A stretch of DNA of 64,000 nucleotides from positions 871-64,870 of the forward strand of contig JAHJCH010000171.1 of NCBI GenBank assembly GCA_018813065.1. The letters run 5' to 3'. Position numbers and translations under genes: made by a program. The notes under the pieces are model-generated. The model searched no databases. It saw only the letters and a program-made list of their open reading frames with translations, and was not told where the DNA came from. The DNA comes from Myxococcota bacterium (GTDB lineage Bacteria > Myxococcota_A > Bradymonadia > UBA7976 > UBA1532). Shown here in pieces: positions 9,646 to 19,100 of this stretch (its first letter is position 1; each line of letters starts with the position of its first letter).

Positions 9646-10409
9646 GACGCGCGCTGCTGCTCCTCTCCGCCACGCTGGCGGCCTGCTCTGGGGGGCAGCC
9701 GCGCCCCGATGACTTCCAAGCCGATCCCGCCGCGCACCTCCAGCGGCTTGACGCGCGCGCCGCGCAGATACGCAGCCTCACGGCGGATCTGGCGGTGGAG
9801 TACAAGGAGGACGGGGAGCGCGTGCGCTTGACAGAGATGATCGCGCTCAAGGCCCCCGATCACCTGCGGGTGGACCTGATCTCGCCCTTCGGTCAGCCGC
9901 TCTTGACCCTGGTCAGCGACGGCCAGACGCTGTCGATCTATGATCAGCGCGCGCGCCGCTTCTACCGAGGGCGCTCCAGCCCCCAAGCGTTGGGCAAGCT
10001 CTTGCCGCTGCGGCTGACGCCAGAGGAGCTGGTGGCCTTGATGCGCGGCGGGGTGCCGATCATCTCCCACGCGCGGGGCGAGGTCACCTGGGACGGGGCG
10101 GTGGGGCGGACGCTGCTCCGCCTTGAGGGCGCCGAGGGCTGCGCGCTGGGCGCCTGCCAGACCATCGCCTTTGAGCCAGAGCGCCATCGCGTCACCGCGC
10201 TCCACGTCACCCAAGCCGGTCAAGCGCGCTACAGCGCGCGGATGGGCGACTATCAAGGCGGCGACGCCCTCCCACGGCGGATGCGCTTTGAGGGCGAGGG
10301 GATCGTGGTGGACGTGGAGATCAAGGAGGCGCGGATCAACCCCACGCTGCCAGACGCCGCCTTTGCCCTTGAGCCCCCCAGGGGCATCACGGTTGAGCCG
10401 CTTGAGTGA
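9642..10409 (+). CDS. lipoprotein, LolB/LolA-like fold (DUF4292-like)
   Basis: Signal peptide plus lipobox LAACSG. Translationally coupled to the TPR lipoprotein, an arrangement common for DUF4292 proteins. No catalytic motif. Confidence 0.4.
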   Translation: MRRALLLLSATLAACSGGQPRPDDFQADPAAHLQRLDARAAQIRSLTADLAVEYKEDGERVRLTEMIALKAPDHLRVDLISPFGQPLLTLVSDGQTLSIYDQRARRFYRGRSSPQALGKLLPLRLTPEELVALMRGGVPIISHARGEVTWDGAVGRTLLRLEGAEGCALGACQTIAFEPERHRVTALHVTQAGQARYSARMGDYQGGDALPRRMRFEGEGIVVDVEIKEARINPTLPDAAFALEPPRGITVEPLE

Positions 10410-10472
10410 ACCTATTGCGTGATCATCGGCTCCTTTTCTGATAGATGGGGCTCCTTTTAAGAGGAGCCGCCC

Positions 10473-11345
10473 TTGCTGATCGATCTACACACCGCCGTCA
10501 ACGCCCACAGCCCCGCCGATCTCGCCGTCGCTGTCGCCCAAGCGGGCCTGGGCGGCGCGGTCCTCGTCGATACCCATCAAGCCCACCGGCTGCCCGCCTA
10601 CAAGGCGGCGCTGGAGGCCGCCGGGCTGCTGGCCTTCGTCGGCGTCAAGCTCCAGCTTGAGCGTGGCGATCTCCTCCTCATCCCCAGCGACGCCTCGGCC
10701 TCCGCGTTCACGCGCGGCTGGGCGCCCCCCAACGGCTACACCTGGCCCATCGCCGAGGCGCTCAAGGCCATCGAGGGCTTCGACGGCGCGGTCATCGCCA
10801 GCCACCCCTACTACCGCGACGGCGTCGATCCGCTGGGGGATCGGATCTACGCCATCAAGCATATCCACGCCGTGGAGTGTACCTACGGCGAGGGCGTGAC
10901 GCGCTGGGACGCCTTGGCGCGGGAGGCCTGCCAGCTGCGCGGCTATACGGAGATCGCCAGCTCGGGCGGCGAGGCGCGGCGGCTGGGGCTGGCGGCGATG
11001 GTCTTCGCCGATCAGGTCGAAGGCCAAGCGGATCTGGTCAAGGCGCTGACCACCCAGGCGTGCTGGCCGGTGGAGTTCGAGGCCAGGGGCGCCGCCCGCG
11101 CCCGCCCAGAGCTGGAGGCCCCGCCGCCGCCGCGCGTGAGGGACGAAGGCGAGGACGATGACCGAGGCGAGCGCCGCCCGCGCCGCGACGATGACCGAGG
11201 TGAGCGCCGCCCGCGCCGCGACGATGACCGAGGCGAGCGCCGCCCGCGCCGCGACGATGACCGAGGCGGGCGTGGCGAGCGTCGCCCGCGCCGCGATGAT
11301 GACCGCAGCGCGCAAGGCCCACGTCGCCCGCGCCGCGACGCCTAA
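10473..11345 (+). CDS. PHP-domain-like protein with C-terminal highly charged DDDRGERRPRR tandem repeats
   Basis: N-terminus LIDLHTAVNAHSPADL resembles a PHP phosphoesterase start. The last 70 aa are encoded by about 4.5 copies of a 36-bp repeat. Confidence 0.45.
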   Translation: MLIDLHTAVNAHSPADLAVAVAQAGLGGAVLVDTHQAHRLPAYKAALEAAGLLAFVGVKLQLERGDLLLIPSDASASAFTRGWAPPNGYTWPIAEALKAIEGFDGAVIASHPYYRDGVDPLGDRIYAIKHIHAVECTYGEGVTRWDALAREACQLRGYTEIASSGGEARRLGLAAMVFADQVEGQADLVKALTTQACWPVEFEARGAARARPELEAPPPPRVRDEGEDDDRGERRPRRDDDRGERRPRRDDDRGERRPRRDDDRGGRGERRPRRDDDRSAQGPRRPRRDA

Positions 11346-11387
11346 CCCCACACCCTCGCCGCGCCCTCACGCCAAGAACCGACGACC

Positions 11388-13274
11388 ATGCACACCCACG
11401 ATCCCCTCAAAGAGAACCGCACTCCGCGCTATGGTGAGCTGAATCGGGCGGACTACGCCGCCTTGGGGCTTATGGTGGGCCTTGAGGTCCACCAGCAGCT
11501 CAAGACCACACGCAAGCTCTTTTGCCGTTGCCCTGCCGGTCACCGATTTAACAGTCACGACGCCGAGATACTCCGTCATATGCGCCCCACGCTCTCTGAG
11601 ATGGGCGAGTACGACGGCACCGCCTTGATGGAGTTTAAGACCCGCAAGGAGATCATCTATCGCATCCGACGCGAGACGGTCTGCACCTATGAGATGGACG
11701 ACGCGCCGCCCTTTGAGATCGATGATGACGCCCTCGATGTGGCCCTACAGATCTCCGCGCTCTTGGGGCTGCGCCTGGTAGACGAGCTGCACATCGCCCG
11801 CAAGCAGTACCTCGACGGCAGCATCCCGGCGGGCTTTCAGCGCACAGGCATCCTGGGCATCGACGGCGCGATCCCCTTCAAAGAGGGCCGCGTCGGCGTG
11901 CGCCAGCTCAGCATCGAGGAGGACTCCTGCCGCGAGGTCAGCGACGAGGGCCATACGCGGATCTATCGCGCGGATCGGCTGGGGACGCCGCTGATCGAGG
12001 TCGTCACCGAGCCGGATATGCGCACCCCCCAGGACGGCGCGGCGGTCGCCCAGCTGATCCGCGATCTGGTGCGGGCGACGGGGCGAGTGCGCACCCACGC
12101 TGGCGGCGCGCGCCAGGACGTCAACGTCAGCGTGCGGGGCGGGGTGCGCAATGAGATCAAGGGGGTGGACAGCTACAAGCTGATGCCTGAGCTGATCCAC
12201 AACGAGGCGCTGCGCCAAGCCAACCTGCTGCACGTCCGTTCGCTGCTCCAGGCGCGAGGCGCCATCGCCCCGACCGCGCCGGGGGTGGAGGTCACCGCGC
12301 AGCTGCGTCAGACGCCATGCGACTTCTTGCGCGAGGCCATCCACGGCGGCGCGGCGGTCCACGCCGTGGCCTTGCCAGGCTTCGAGGGGTTGCTCAGCCA
12401 CCCGATCCAGCCGGGCGTGACCTTCCTCAAGGAGATCGCCGACCGGGTGCGCGTCATCGCCTGCCTGGATCACCGCCCCAACCTGATCTGCTCAGAGGAC
12501 AGCGGCCCCAACATCAGCTCGGGCGAGTGGGGGCGGGTGCGCCGGGCGCTGGGGGCCAAGCGCGCTGAGCCGATTTTGCTCGTCTGGGGGCCGGAGCGCG
12601 ACTGCCGCACGGCCACGCAGGAGGTCCTCAACCGCGCGGCGGAGGCGCTCATCGGCGTGCCCTCGGAGACGCGACAGGCCTTCGCCGACGGCACCACGGG
12701 CTTTGAGCGCATCCTGCCAGGCCCCGAGCGGATGTACCCCGACACCGACTTGCCGCCGATCACGATCACGCCAGCGCGGATAGCCCGGCTCAAGGCGGGC
12801 CTGCCTGAGCCGCCCTGGGCGCGGCGCGAGCGGCTCTTGAGCGTCGGCGTGGGCCTCGATCTCGCCGAGCGGCTGATCCGCCACGCCGCCTATGACCTCT
12901 TCTGGGCGCTCTACGATGAGCGGGGCGAGGCGATCAGCGCCCAGGGCTTAGCCTCCTTGCTCCTGGATCGCCGCTGCGACAACCCCGCCGAGATCAGCGC
13001 CTTGAGCTGGTGGCGCGCCCAACTCGACGCGCTGCAAGCGGGGCGGATCATCCCCGAGGCGCTGTGGATGAAGGGCGAGGTGTCGCCCGAGGCGCTCGAC
13101 GAGGCCGCCGCGCGAGATCTCTTCGAGGCGCTGCTGGGCTCGGCGCCAGCGCCCCTCAACCTGGAGGCTGAGGAGGCCGCCTTGATGGGCGCCTTGATGA
13201 ACAGCCCGCTGCGTGGCCGCGCCCGTGGCCGCCTGATCCGACAATGGCTCCGCCAAGCCCTTGAGGCCCGATAA
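11388..13274 (+). CDS. gatE: archaeal-type glutamyl-tRNA(Gln) amidotransferase subunit E (GatE)-like
   Basis: GLEVHQQLKTTRKLFCRCP N-terminal signature and GARQDVNVSV...EIKGV cradle motif of the GatB/GatE family. It lacks the GatB CPVC zinc motif. The 628-aa length fits the GatE insertion architecture. Directly followed by a GatD-like gene. Confidence 0.6.
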   Translation: MHTHDPLKENRTPRYGELNRADYAALGLMVGLEVHQQLKTTRKLFCRCPAGHRFNSHDAEILRHMRPTLSEMGEYDGTALMEFKTRKEIIYRIRRETVCTYEMDDAPPFEIDDDALDVALQISALLGLRLVDELHIARKQYLDGSIPAGFQRTGILGIDGAIPFKEGRVGVRQLSIEEDSCREVSDEGHTRIYRADRLGTPLIEVVTEPDMRTPQDGAAVAQLIRDLVRATGRVRTHAGGARQDVNVSVRGGVRNEIKGVDSYKLMPELIHNEALRQANLLHVRSLLQARGAIAPTAPGVEVTAQLRQTPCDFLREAIHGGAAVHAVALPGFEGLLSHPIQPGVTFLKEIADRVRVIACLDHRPNLICSEDSGPNISSGEWGRVRRALGAKRAEPILLVWGPERDCRTATQEVLNRAAEALIGVPSETRQAFADGTTGFERILPGPERMYPDTDLPPITITPARIARLKAGLPEPPWARRERLLSVGVGLDLAERLIRHAAYDLFWALYDERGEAISAQGLASLLLDRRCDNPAEISALSWWRAQLDALQAGRIIPEALWMKGEVSPEALDEAAARDLFEALLGSAPAPLNLEAEEAALMGALMNSPLRGRARGRLIRQWLRQALEAR

Positions 13275-14656
13275 TGAGCGACGATTACAAAGGCTACCGA
13301 GGCGCCACCTTGGAGGCGCTGCGCCGCTTTGAGGCGCGGGTCTGGAGCGAGGTGCGGGTGGAGACGGAGGCGGGGGCCTTTGAGGGGCTGATCCTGCCGC
13401 GCAGCGAGACGGCCGACGCCGATCACCTCGTGCTCAAGCTGATCTCGGGCTACAACGTGGGGGTCCACCACGCCCGGATACTCAACATCGAGGTGAGGGG
13501 CCGCAAGGTCGCCGACTACAAGATCCCCGAGAAAGAGTTCCCCAAGGACGCGGGCAAGCCTCGGGTCAAGCTCTTTGGCACGGGTGGCACCATCGCCAGC
13601 CGGCTGGACTACCGCACGGGGGCGGTGATCCCCGCCTTCTCGCCGGGCGAGCTTTACGGCTCGGTCCCTGAGCTTGCGGACGTCTGCAACCTGGAGACAG
13701 AGAAGCTCTACGGGGTGTTCAGCGAGAACATGGGGCCAGCGGAGTGGCAGGGGACGGCGCGGGCCATCGCCCAAGCGATCAAGGAGGGCGTCGATGGCGT
13801 GGTCATTGGCCACGGCACAGACACGATGCACCACACCGCCGCCGTGCTCTCCTTTATGCTCCAAGACAGCCCCGTGCCCATCGTCATGGTGGGCAGCCAG
13901 CGCTCCAGCGACCGCCCCTCCAGCGACGCGGCGTTAAACCTGATCAACGCCGTGCGCGTGGCGGGGCACAGCGACATCGCCGAGATCATGGTCTGCATGT
14001 TTGGCCCCACCAGCGACCGCTACGATCTGCTCCATCGTGGCACGCGGGTGCGCAAGATGCACTCCAGCTACCGCTCGACCTTCAGGACCATTGGAGACAT
14101 CCCATTGGGGCGTGTAGACGCCGACGGCGTCCAGGCGTTCCGTCAGGACTATAAGCGGCGTCGATCAGACAGAGAGGTCAAGCTCAACACCGCCTTCGAT
14201 GATCGTGTCAGCATCGTTTACTACTACCCCAATATGAAGCCGGACATCATCGACAGCCTGATCGAGCAGGGATACAAGGGGATTGTTATCGCCGGGACGG
14301 GCTTAGGTCACGTCAACAAGCCGCTCTATCCGGCCTTGGCGCGGGCGCGAGCGGCGGGCGTGGCCGTCTACATGACGGTGCAGACGCTATGGGGCTATGT
14401 GCAGATGTATGTGTATGAGACGGGCCGTGAGCTGATGGACTTGGGCGTGGTGCCCTGCGCGAACATGTTGCCCGAGGTGGCCTACGTCAAGCTGGGCTGG
14501 GCGCTGGGACAATCTCAGGATCTGGAGGAGGTCAAGCGCATCATGTTAACCCCCATCGCCAGCGAGATCACCCCTCGTGAGCCACACGACGGCTACCTTG
14601 TCTTTCAAGGCGGCGTCCCTGAAGTCAATCGGTTTATCTCTCATCACTGGAAGTGA
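13274..14656 (+). CDS. gatD: glutamyl-tRNA(Gln) amidotransferase subunit D (GatD)-like: asparaginase-type domain with N-terminal extension
   Basis: L-asparaginase motifs KLFGTGGTIAS and VIGHGTDTM. An about 90-aa N-terminal extra domain, as in GatD. Start overlaps the gatE stop (ATGA). Confidence 0.65.
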   Translation: MSDDYKGYRGATLEALRRFEARVWSEVRVETEAGAFEGLILPRSETADADHLVLKLISGYNVGVHHARILNIEVRGRKVADYKIPEKEFPKDAGKPRVKLFGTGGTIASRLDYRTGAVIPAFSPGELYGSVPELADVCNLETEKLYGVFSENMGPAEWQGTARAIAQAIKEGVDGVVIGHGTDTMHHTAAVLSFMLQDSPVPIVMVGSQRSSDRPSSDAALNLINAVRVAGHSDIAEIMVCMFGPTSDRYDLLHRGTRVRKMHSSYRSTFRTIGDIPLGRVDADGVQAFRQDYKRRRSDREVKLNTAFDDRVSIVYYYPNMKPDIIDSLIEQGYKGIVIAGTGLGHVNKPLYPALARARAAGVAVYMTVQTLWGYVQMYVYETGRELMDLGVVPCANMLPEVAYVKLGWALGQSQDLEEVKRIMLTPIASEITPREPHDGYLVFQGGVPEVNRFISHHWK

Positions 14657-14688
14657 GCGGCGCGTGATGCGTCAAGGTCATCGACCTT

Positions 14689-16044
14689 TTACTTCTTCTC
14701 TGCGTTAAAAGCATACCAATCGATCCGCCGCGTCGCGTACATCACCCCGGACAAGATGCCTGAGAGCCCCAAGGCCCCCAAGAGGAGCGAGTGACTCTCC
14801 GAGCGCAACAAGACATACAGGAAGCCATAGAGTCCGAGGAGAAAGCCGCCCATCAATAAGGCCTTGCGACGCTGACCCAGCACCGCCGCGCTGTAACCGG
14901 AGATCAACAGCGTCGAGGACAGCGTGGCGATCAGATAAGCGACACCAAAGGCCATATGCTCCGAGAGCGCCAGCAGGTTGAGGTAGAAGAGCGCCACAGC
15001 GAAGCCCACCAATGTGTACTGCAAGGGGTGAATCCGCAGCCGCCCAAAAAGCTCAAAGAGGAAGAACACCAGGAACGTGAGAAAGATAAACAAAAACGAA
15101 TACTTAATCGATCGCGTGCTCTGCTGATAGGCGCTGGTGGGGAACATCAGCTCCACGCCAAAGCCGCCGCCCATCAGCTGACTGTTGAGGCCATGCTCAG
15201 AGCGCCACTGCTGAGGATAGCCGCGCGCCAACTCCAGCACCGTCCAGGCCGCCGTAAACCCCTCGGCGCTGATCTCACGCCGCGTCGGCAGGTAGGCGCC
15301 GTTAAAGCTCGGCGTCGCCCAGGGCGACTTCAGCTCGACGCGTGTCTCACGACCATGCGGCAGCAGGTGGAGCTGCTCGCTGCCCGTCAAGCGCAGATCA
15401 AAGCTGAAGTCTGTGTGCGAGCGCCCCGCGATCTCCGCGATCCCCTCGGGCTTGAGCTGCAAGACGCTGTGAAGCCCCGGGATGGTCTTGACCACCGGCC
15501 CAAGCGCCGTCTCCGGCCCCTCCCCCCAGCGGATCATCGGCGTCTCACGGATTCCAATCGGGTGTGTGATCGGCAAGGAGAGGAAGGCTTGCTCCCAGAT
15601 GATGTCCTCTGGCGCCACGTCCAGCGCCTCAAACTTGGGGGCCAGGAAGCGGCCGCTGAGCTTGAGCTTGGCCGCATAGACGAGCACCTTGAAGATCCCG
15701 CGATAGCGCACCTCTGGGCTCAGCTCGCCGCTGATGTTGAGGCTGTCGGGGAGGAAGTGAGCCTGCTTGATGCTCACCGTATCCTCCTGGCGGGTCGTGC
15801 CATCGTCAAACCTCAGTGTGCGGTAGCTGTGCTCGCGATAAGGCACCGTCAGGAGCAGCCCGCCGATGATCTGTTGACCGCCCATCGTGGCGCTGATCTC
15901 ATTAAAGACTTGGTATTGCTGGCTCATCCGCTCATTGATCAAGCCGCTGATCATCTCCGTGGGGATGAGCAACAGCAGCAGCAGGAAGCCGATCGTGATG
16001 ATCTTGAAGGTGAGGGAGTTCTTTACGCGCTGGGCGAGGCTCAT
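14689..16044 (-). CDS. creD: CreD family inner membrane protein
   Basis: N-terminal TM plus LLIPTEMISGLINER motif characteristic of CreD. Large periplasmic region followed by a C-terminal cluster of TM helices. 451 aa. Confidence 0.7.
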   Translation of the reverse strand: MSLAQRVKNSLTFKIITIGFLLLLLLIPTEMISGLINERMSQQYQVFNEISATMGGQQIIGGLLLTVPYREHSYRTLRFDDGTTRQEDTVSIKQAHFLPDSLNISGELSPEVRYRGIFKVLVYAAKLKLSGRFLAPKFEALDVAPEDIIWEQAFLSLPITHPIGIRETPMIRWGEGPETALGPVVKTIPGLHSVLQLKPEGIAEIAGRSHTDFSFDLRLTGSEQLHLLPHGRETRVELKSPWATPSFNGAYLPTRREISAEGFTAAWTVLELARGYPQQWRSEHGLNSQLMGGGFGVELMFPTSAYQQSTRSIKYSFLFIFLTFLVFFLFELFGRLRIHPLQYTLVGFAVALFYLNLLALSEHMAFGVAYLIATLSSTLLISGYSAAVLGQRRKALLMGGFLLGLYGFLYVLLRSESHSLLLGALGLSGILSGVMYATRRIDWYAFNAEKK

Positions 16045-16158
16045 AGGCGCTCCAATTGAGGTTGCCGGGAGCTTAGCGACAGGGCGTGGCTTTGGCGTGC
16101 GGGAGATGTGGAGAGATCAACGCGGGCGTGTGCAGTTGTCGTGCAAGCCCCTCGGCCT

Positions 16159-19100
16159 TCAGTCCTGGGTGACGTGGAGGCGGAAGGCGCCGTGATAGGG
16201 GCCTTCAACGCTGGGCTGCTCAACCAGATCGGCCATCAACGCGGGCAGCAGCTGGGCGGGGGTCAGCGCGGAGACGACGGTGTAGATCGTCAGCGGGAGG
16301 TGGACGCCCTGGGCGAGGATCTCCACCTCATCAAAGCCGTCGCGGATGTTGTAGCGGATCTGGCCCAGCTCGCTGATCTGGCTGGGCACCATGAAGTGCA
16401 GCGCGGGGACATCGCGCGTGGGGCCGTCATGGGTCTGGACATAGGGAAAGGCCGCCAGCGGCGTGACGTGCTCGCCACGGATGACCCGCGTCACCGCGCC
16501 TGAGCCGAGGTTGCCCAGCAGGCGCGCCGTGACCGGGCGCGGGTCATTGGGCTGCTCGGGCCTCAGCTGTATCCGCCAGACCTGTGGATGGGGGAAGTCG
16601 CTGTGGGCGCTGAAGCGATAGTCGCCCGCCGCGCCGCTGATCTCGCCGTCCTCGGGCAGATCCAGCGCGCCAGAGACGTGGCCGTCATAGATCACGCTGA
16701 TGTCGCCGTAGCAATCAAAGGCATCGCCGCCGTCATTGTTCCAGCCATTGCAGCCCTCAAAGTCATGTCGGATCTCCACGGGCTGAATAGGCGGCTCGTT
16801 GCCCTCGGGGATCAACACCGGCTCCTCGGGGAGCGTGATCGCCTCATTAAGGCTCGTCAACGCCAACGGCGCCCCGCCATCGACGAAGATGAAGTACTCG
16901 CCGGGCTCGATCTCGGCGCTGATCTCCTCACCGGCGACGTGTGTGCAGCCCAGCGTGGTGGCGCCGGACTCGCAGTCGGCGCGCACGGAGAGGATCGCGG
17001 GGTGATCGGTGCCCTCAGCGTCCAGCCAGACCCGCAGCGTGCCTGACTCTGCGGCCACATAGCGATAGACCCGCTCAGGCTGACCGCCGCCGCCACAGCT
17101 GGCCTCATATTGATCCGCGTCCCCCTCGGCGGTCTGGCCCTCGACCCTGTCGCTGCGCAGCGTCTCCACCGTCACGCCCTCGCGGCAGAGGCTCTCCTCA
17201 GTGAGATCACCCGGCGCCAAGCAGCCTGGATCGGCGGGATAGTCGGTCAGCCCGTCGCCGTCATCATCGATCCCGTTGACGCAGGCGGGCGTCTGGGGTG
17301 GATCAGCCTCGTCATCATCCTCGCCGCTGCCGCAGCCCAGATCATCGAGGTCGATGAGCCCATCCCAGTCATTGTCCACGCCGTCGGCGCAGCGAGGCAG
17401 GACAGGGCCGGGGTTGGTCTCATTGGTATCGGCGGCATAAGCGCAGCCCGGATCATCGGGGAAGTCCGTGCGACCGTCGCGATCATCATCGCGCTCATTG
17501 GCGCAGATGGGCCGCCCTGGCGCGTCGGCCTCATCGGGATCGGCGGCGTAGGTGCAGCCTGGATCAAACGGGAAGTCCACGCGCCCATCCTCGTCATTAT
17601 CCTCGCCGTCGCCGCAGGCGGGCAGGATCGCGGGGTCCACCTCGCTGGCGTGGCCCGCCGCGAAGCAGCCTGGATCCCAGGGGAAGTCGATCCGGCCATC
17701 GCCGTCATTGTCCTCGCCGTCGCTGCACGCGGTCACGGCCTCGCCCTCGCCGCGATCACCCATGCCCGCGCAGCCTGGATCAAACGGGAAATCGATCAGC
17801 CCATCGCGATCATCATCGAGGCGGTTGCTGCACTCGGGGGTTGGGCGGCGATCGATCTCGTCATCATCGGCGGCGGCGAAGCAGCCTGGATCCCAAGGGA
17901 AATCGATCAGGCCGTCGGCGTCATCATCGAGGCCGTTGAGGCAGGCGGGCGGCGCCTCTGGATCAGCTTCGTCATCATCGCCCAGCGTCTCGCAGCCCGG
18001 ATCGGCGGGGTAGTCAATGCGCCCATCCTCGTCATCATCGCGACCGTTGCTGCACGCCACCTCGACGCCCGTCTCATCGCCCTCATCCTCATCCTCTCGT
18101 GAGGCGCAGCCCGGATCATCGCCGTCGATGGCGCCATCGCGGTCATTATCGAGGCCATCATCGCAGCCTGGATCGAGGCGCTCGACCTCCACCGTGAGCT
18201 TGAAGGGGCCGCCGGTGCCCACGCTGGTATCGACGAAGATCCAGTAATCGCCCACCGCCGCCTGCTCCAGCGTAAAGCGACCGTTGGTGCTGCCCGCCCG
18301 AGAGCCATCATCGCAGCGCAGCTCGCTTTGAGCGTCATCGCAGGCGCGGCGGATATAGAGCGTGGTGGGGGTCGTCGTCTCTGGATGAGCGGTGTTAAAG
18401 GTCAGCCGGGCGTTATAGGGGTTGTGATAGTAATAAATCACCTCAGGCTTAGAACGCCCACCGCAGCTGCCCTCATGAGCATCGGTCGCGCCCTGAGTCA
18501 CCTTCGTCTCCCCATAAACCGCCTCATCATCGAAGAAATACTCGTGAAAGGCCACGCCATCACCGCAGGCGTCCAGCTCGGAGGTAGAAGCGGCGCTGAG
18601 GCAGCCAGGATCGAGCGGATAATCCACGCGCCCGTCGCCGTCATCATCCTCATCATTGGCGCAGGCGGGCGTGGGGCTGGGTGTGCGCTCATCGCGATCG
18701 CGTGGGGACTCACAGCCAGGATCGGTGGGATAATCGACGCGCCCATCCTCATCATCATCACGGCGGTTGAGGCACTCCGCCAAGGGCACCTCGGTGACGG
18801 TCAGCTCGACGGGCCCGCCGATCCCGGCCACGCCATCGATGAAGATGTAATAGTCATCTGGGGCCAGATCAGCCACCTGCAAAACGTGGCCGGGCACGAG
18901 GGGCGCTTGATCCTCACGCTGGCAGGCCACCTCGGCGCGGGTGGAGAGGCAATGGACCCGGCGGAGGTAGAGCGTGGTGGGCACATCTGTCTCGCCGATC
19001 GTGCTGATCTCAAGGCGCTCAACGGCGCGGGTGAGGCGATAGAGCACCGCCACCTCGGGGCTGCCTCGCCCGCCGCAGCTGCCATTGGTATTAAAGACCC

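Noticed and set aside
14671-14690. Possible terminator hairpin AAGGTC-atc-GACCTT after gatD
   Set aside because: 6-bp stem with a 3-nt loop and a poor T-tract. Too weak to call.
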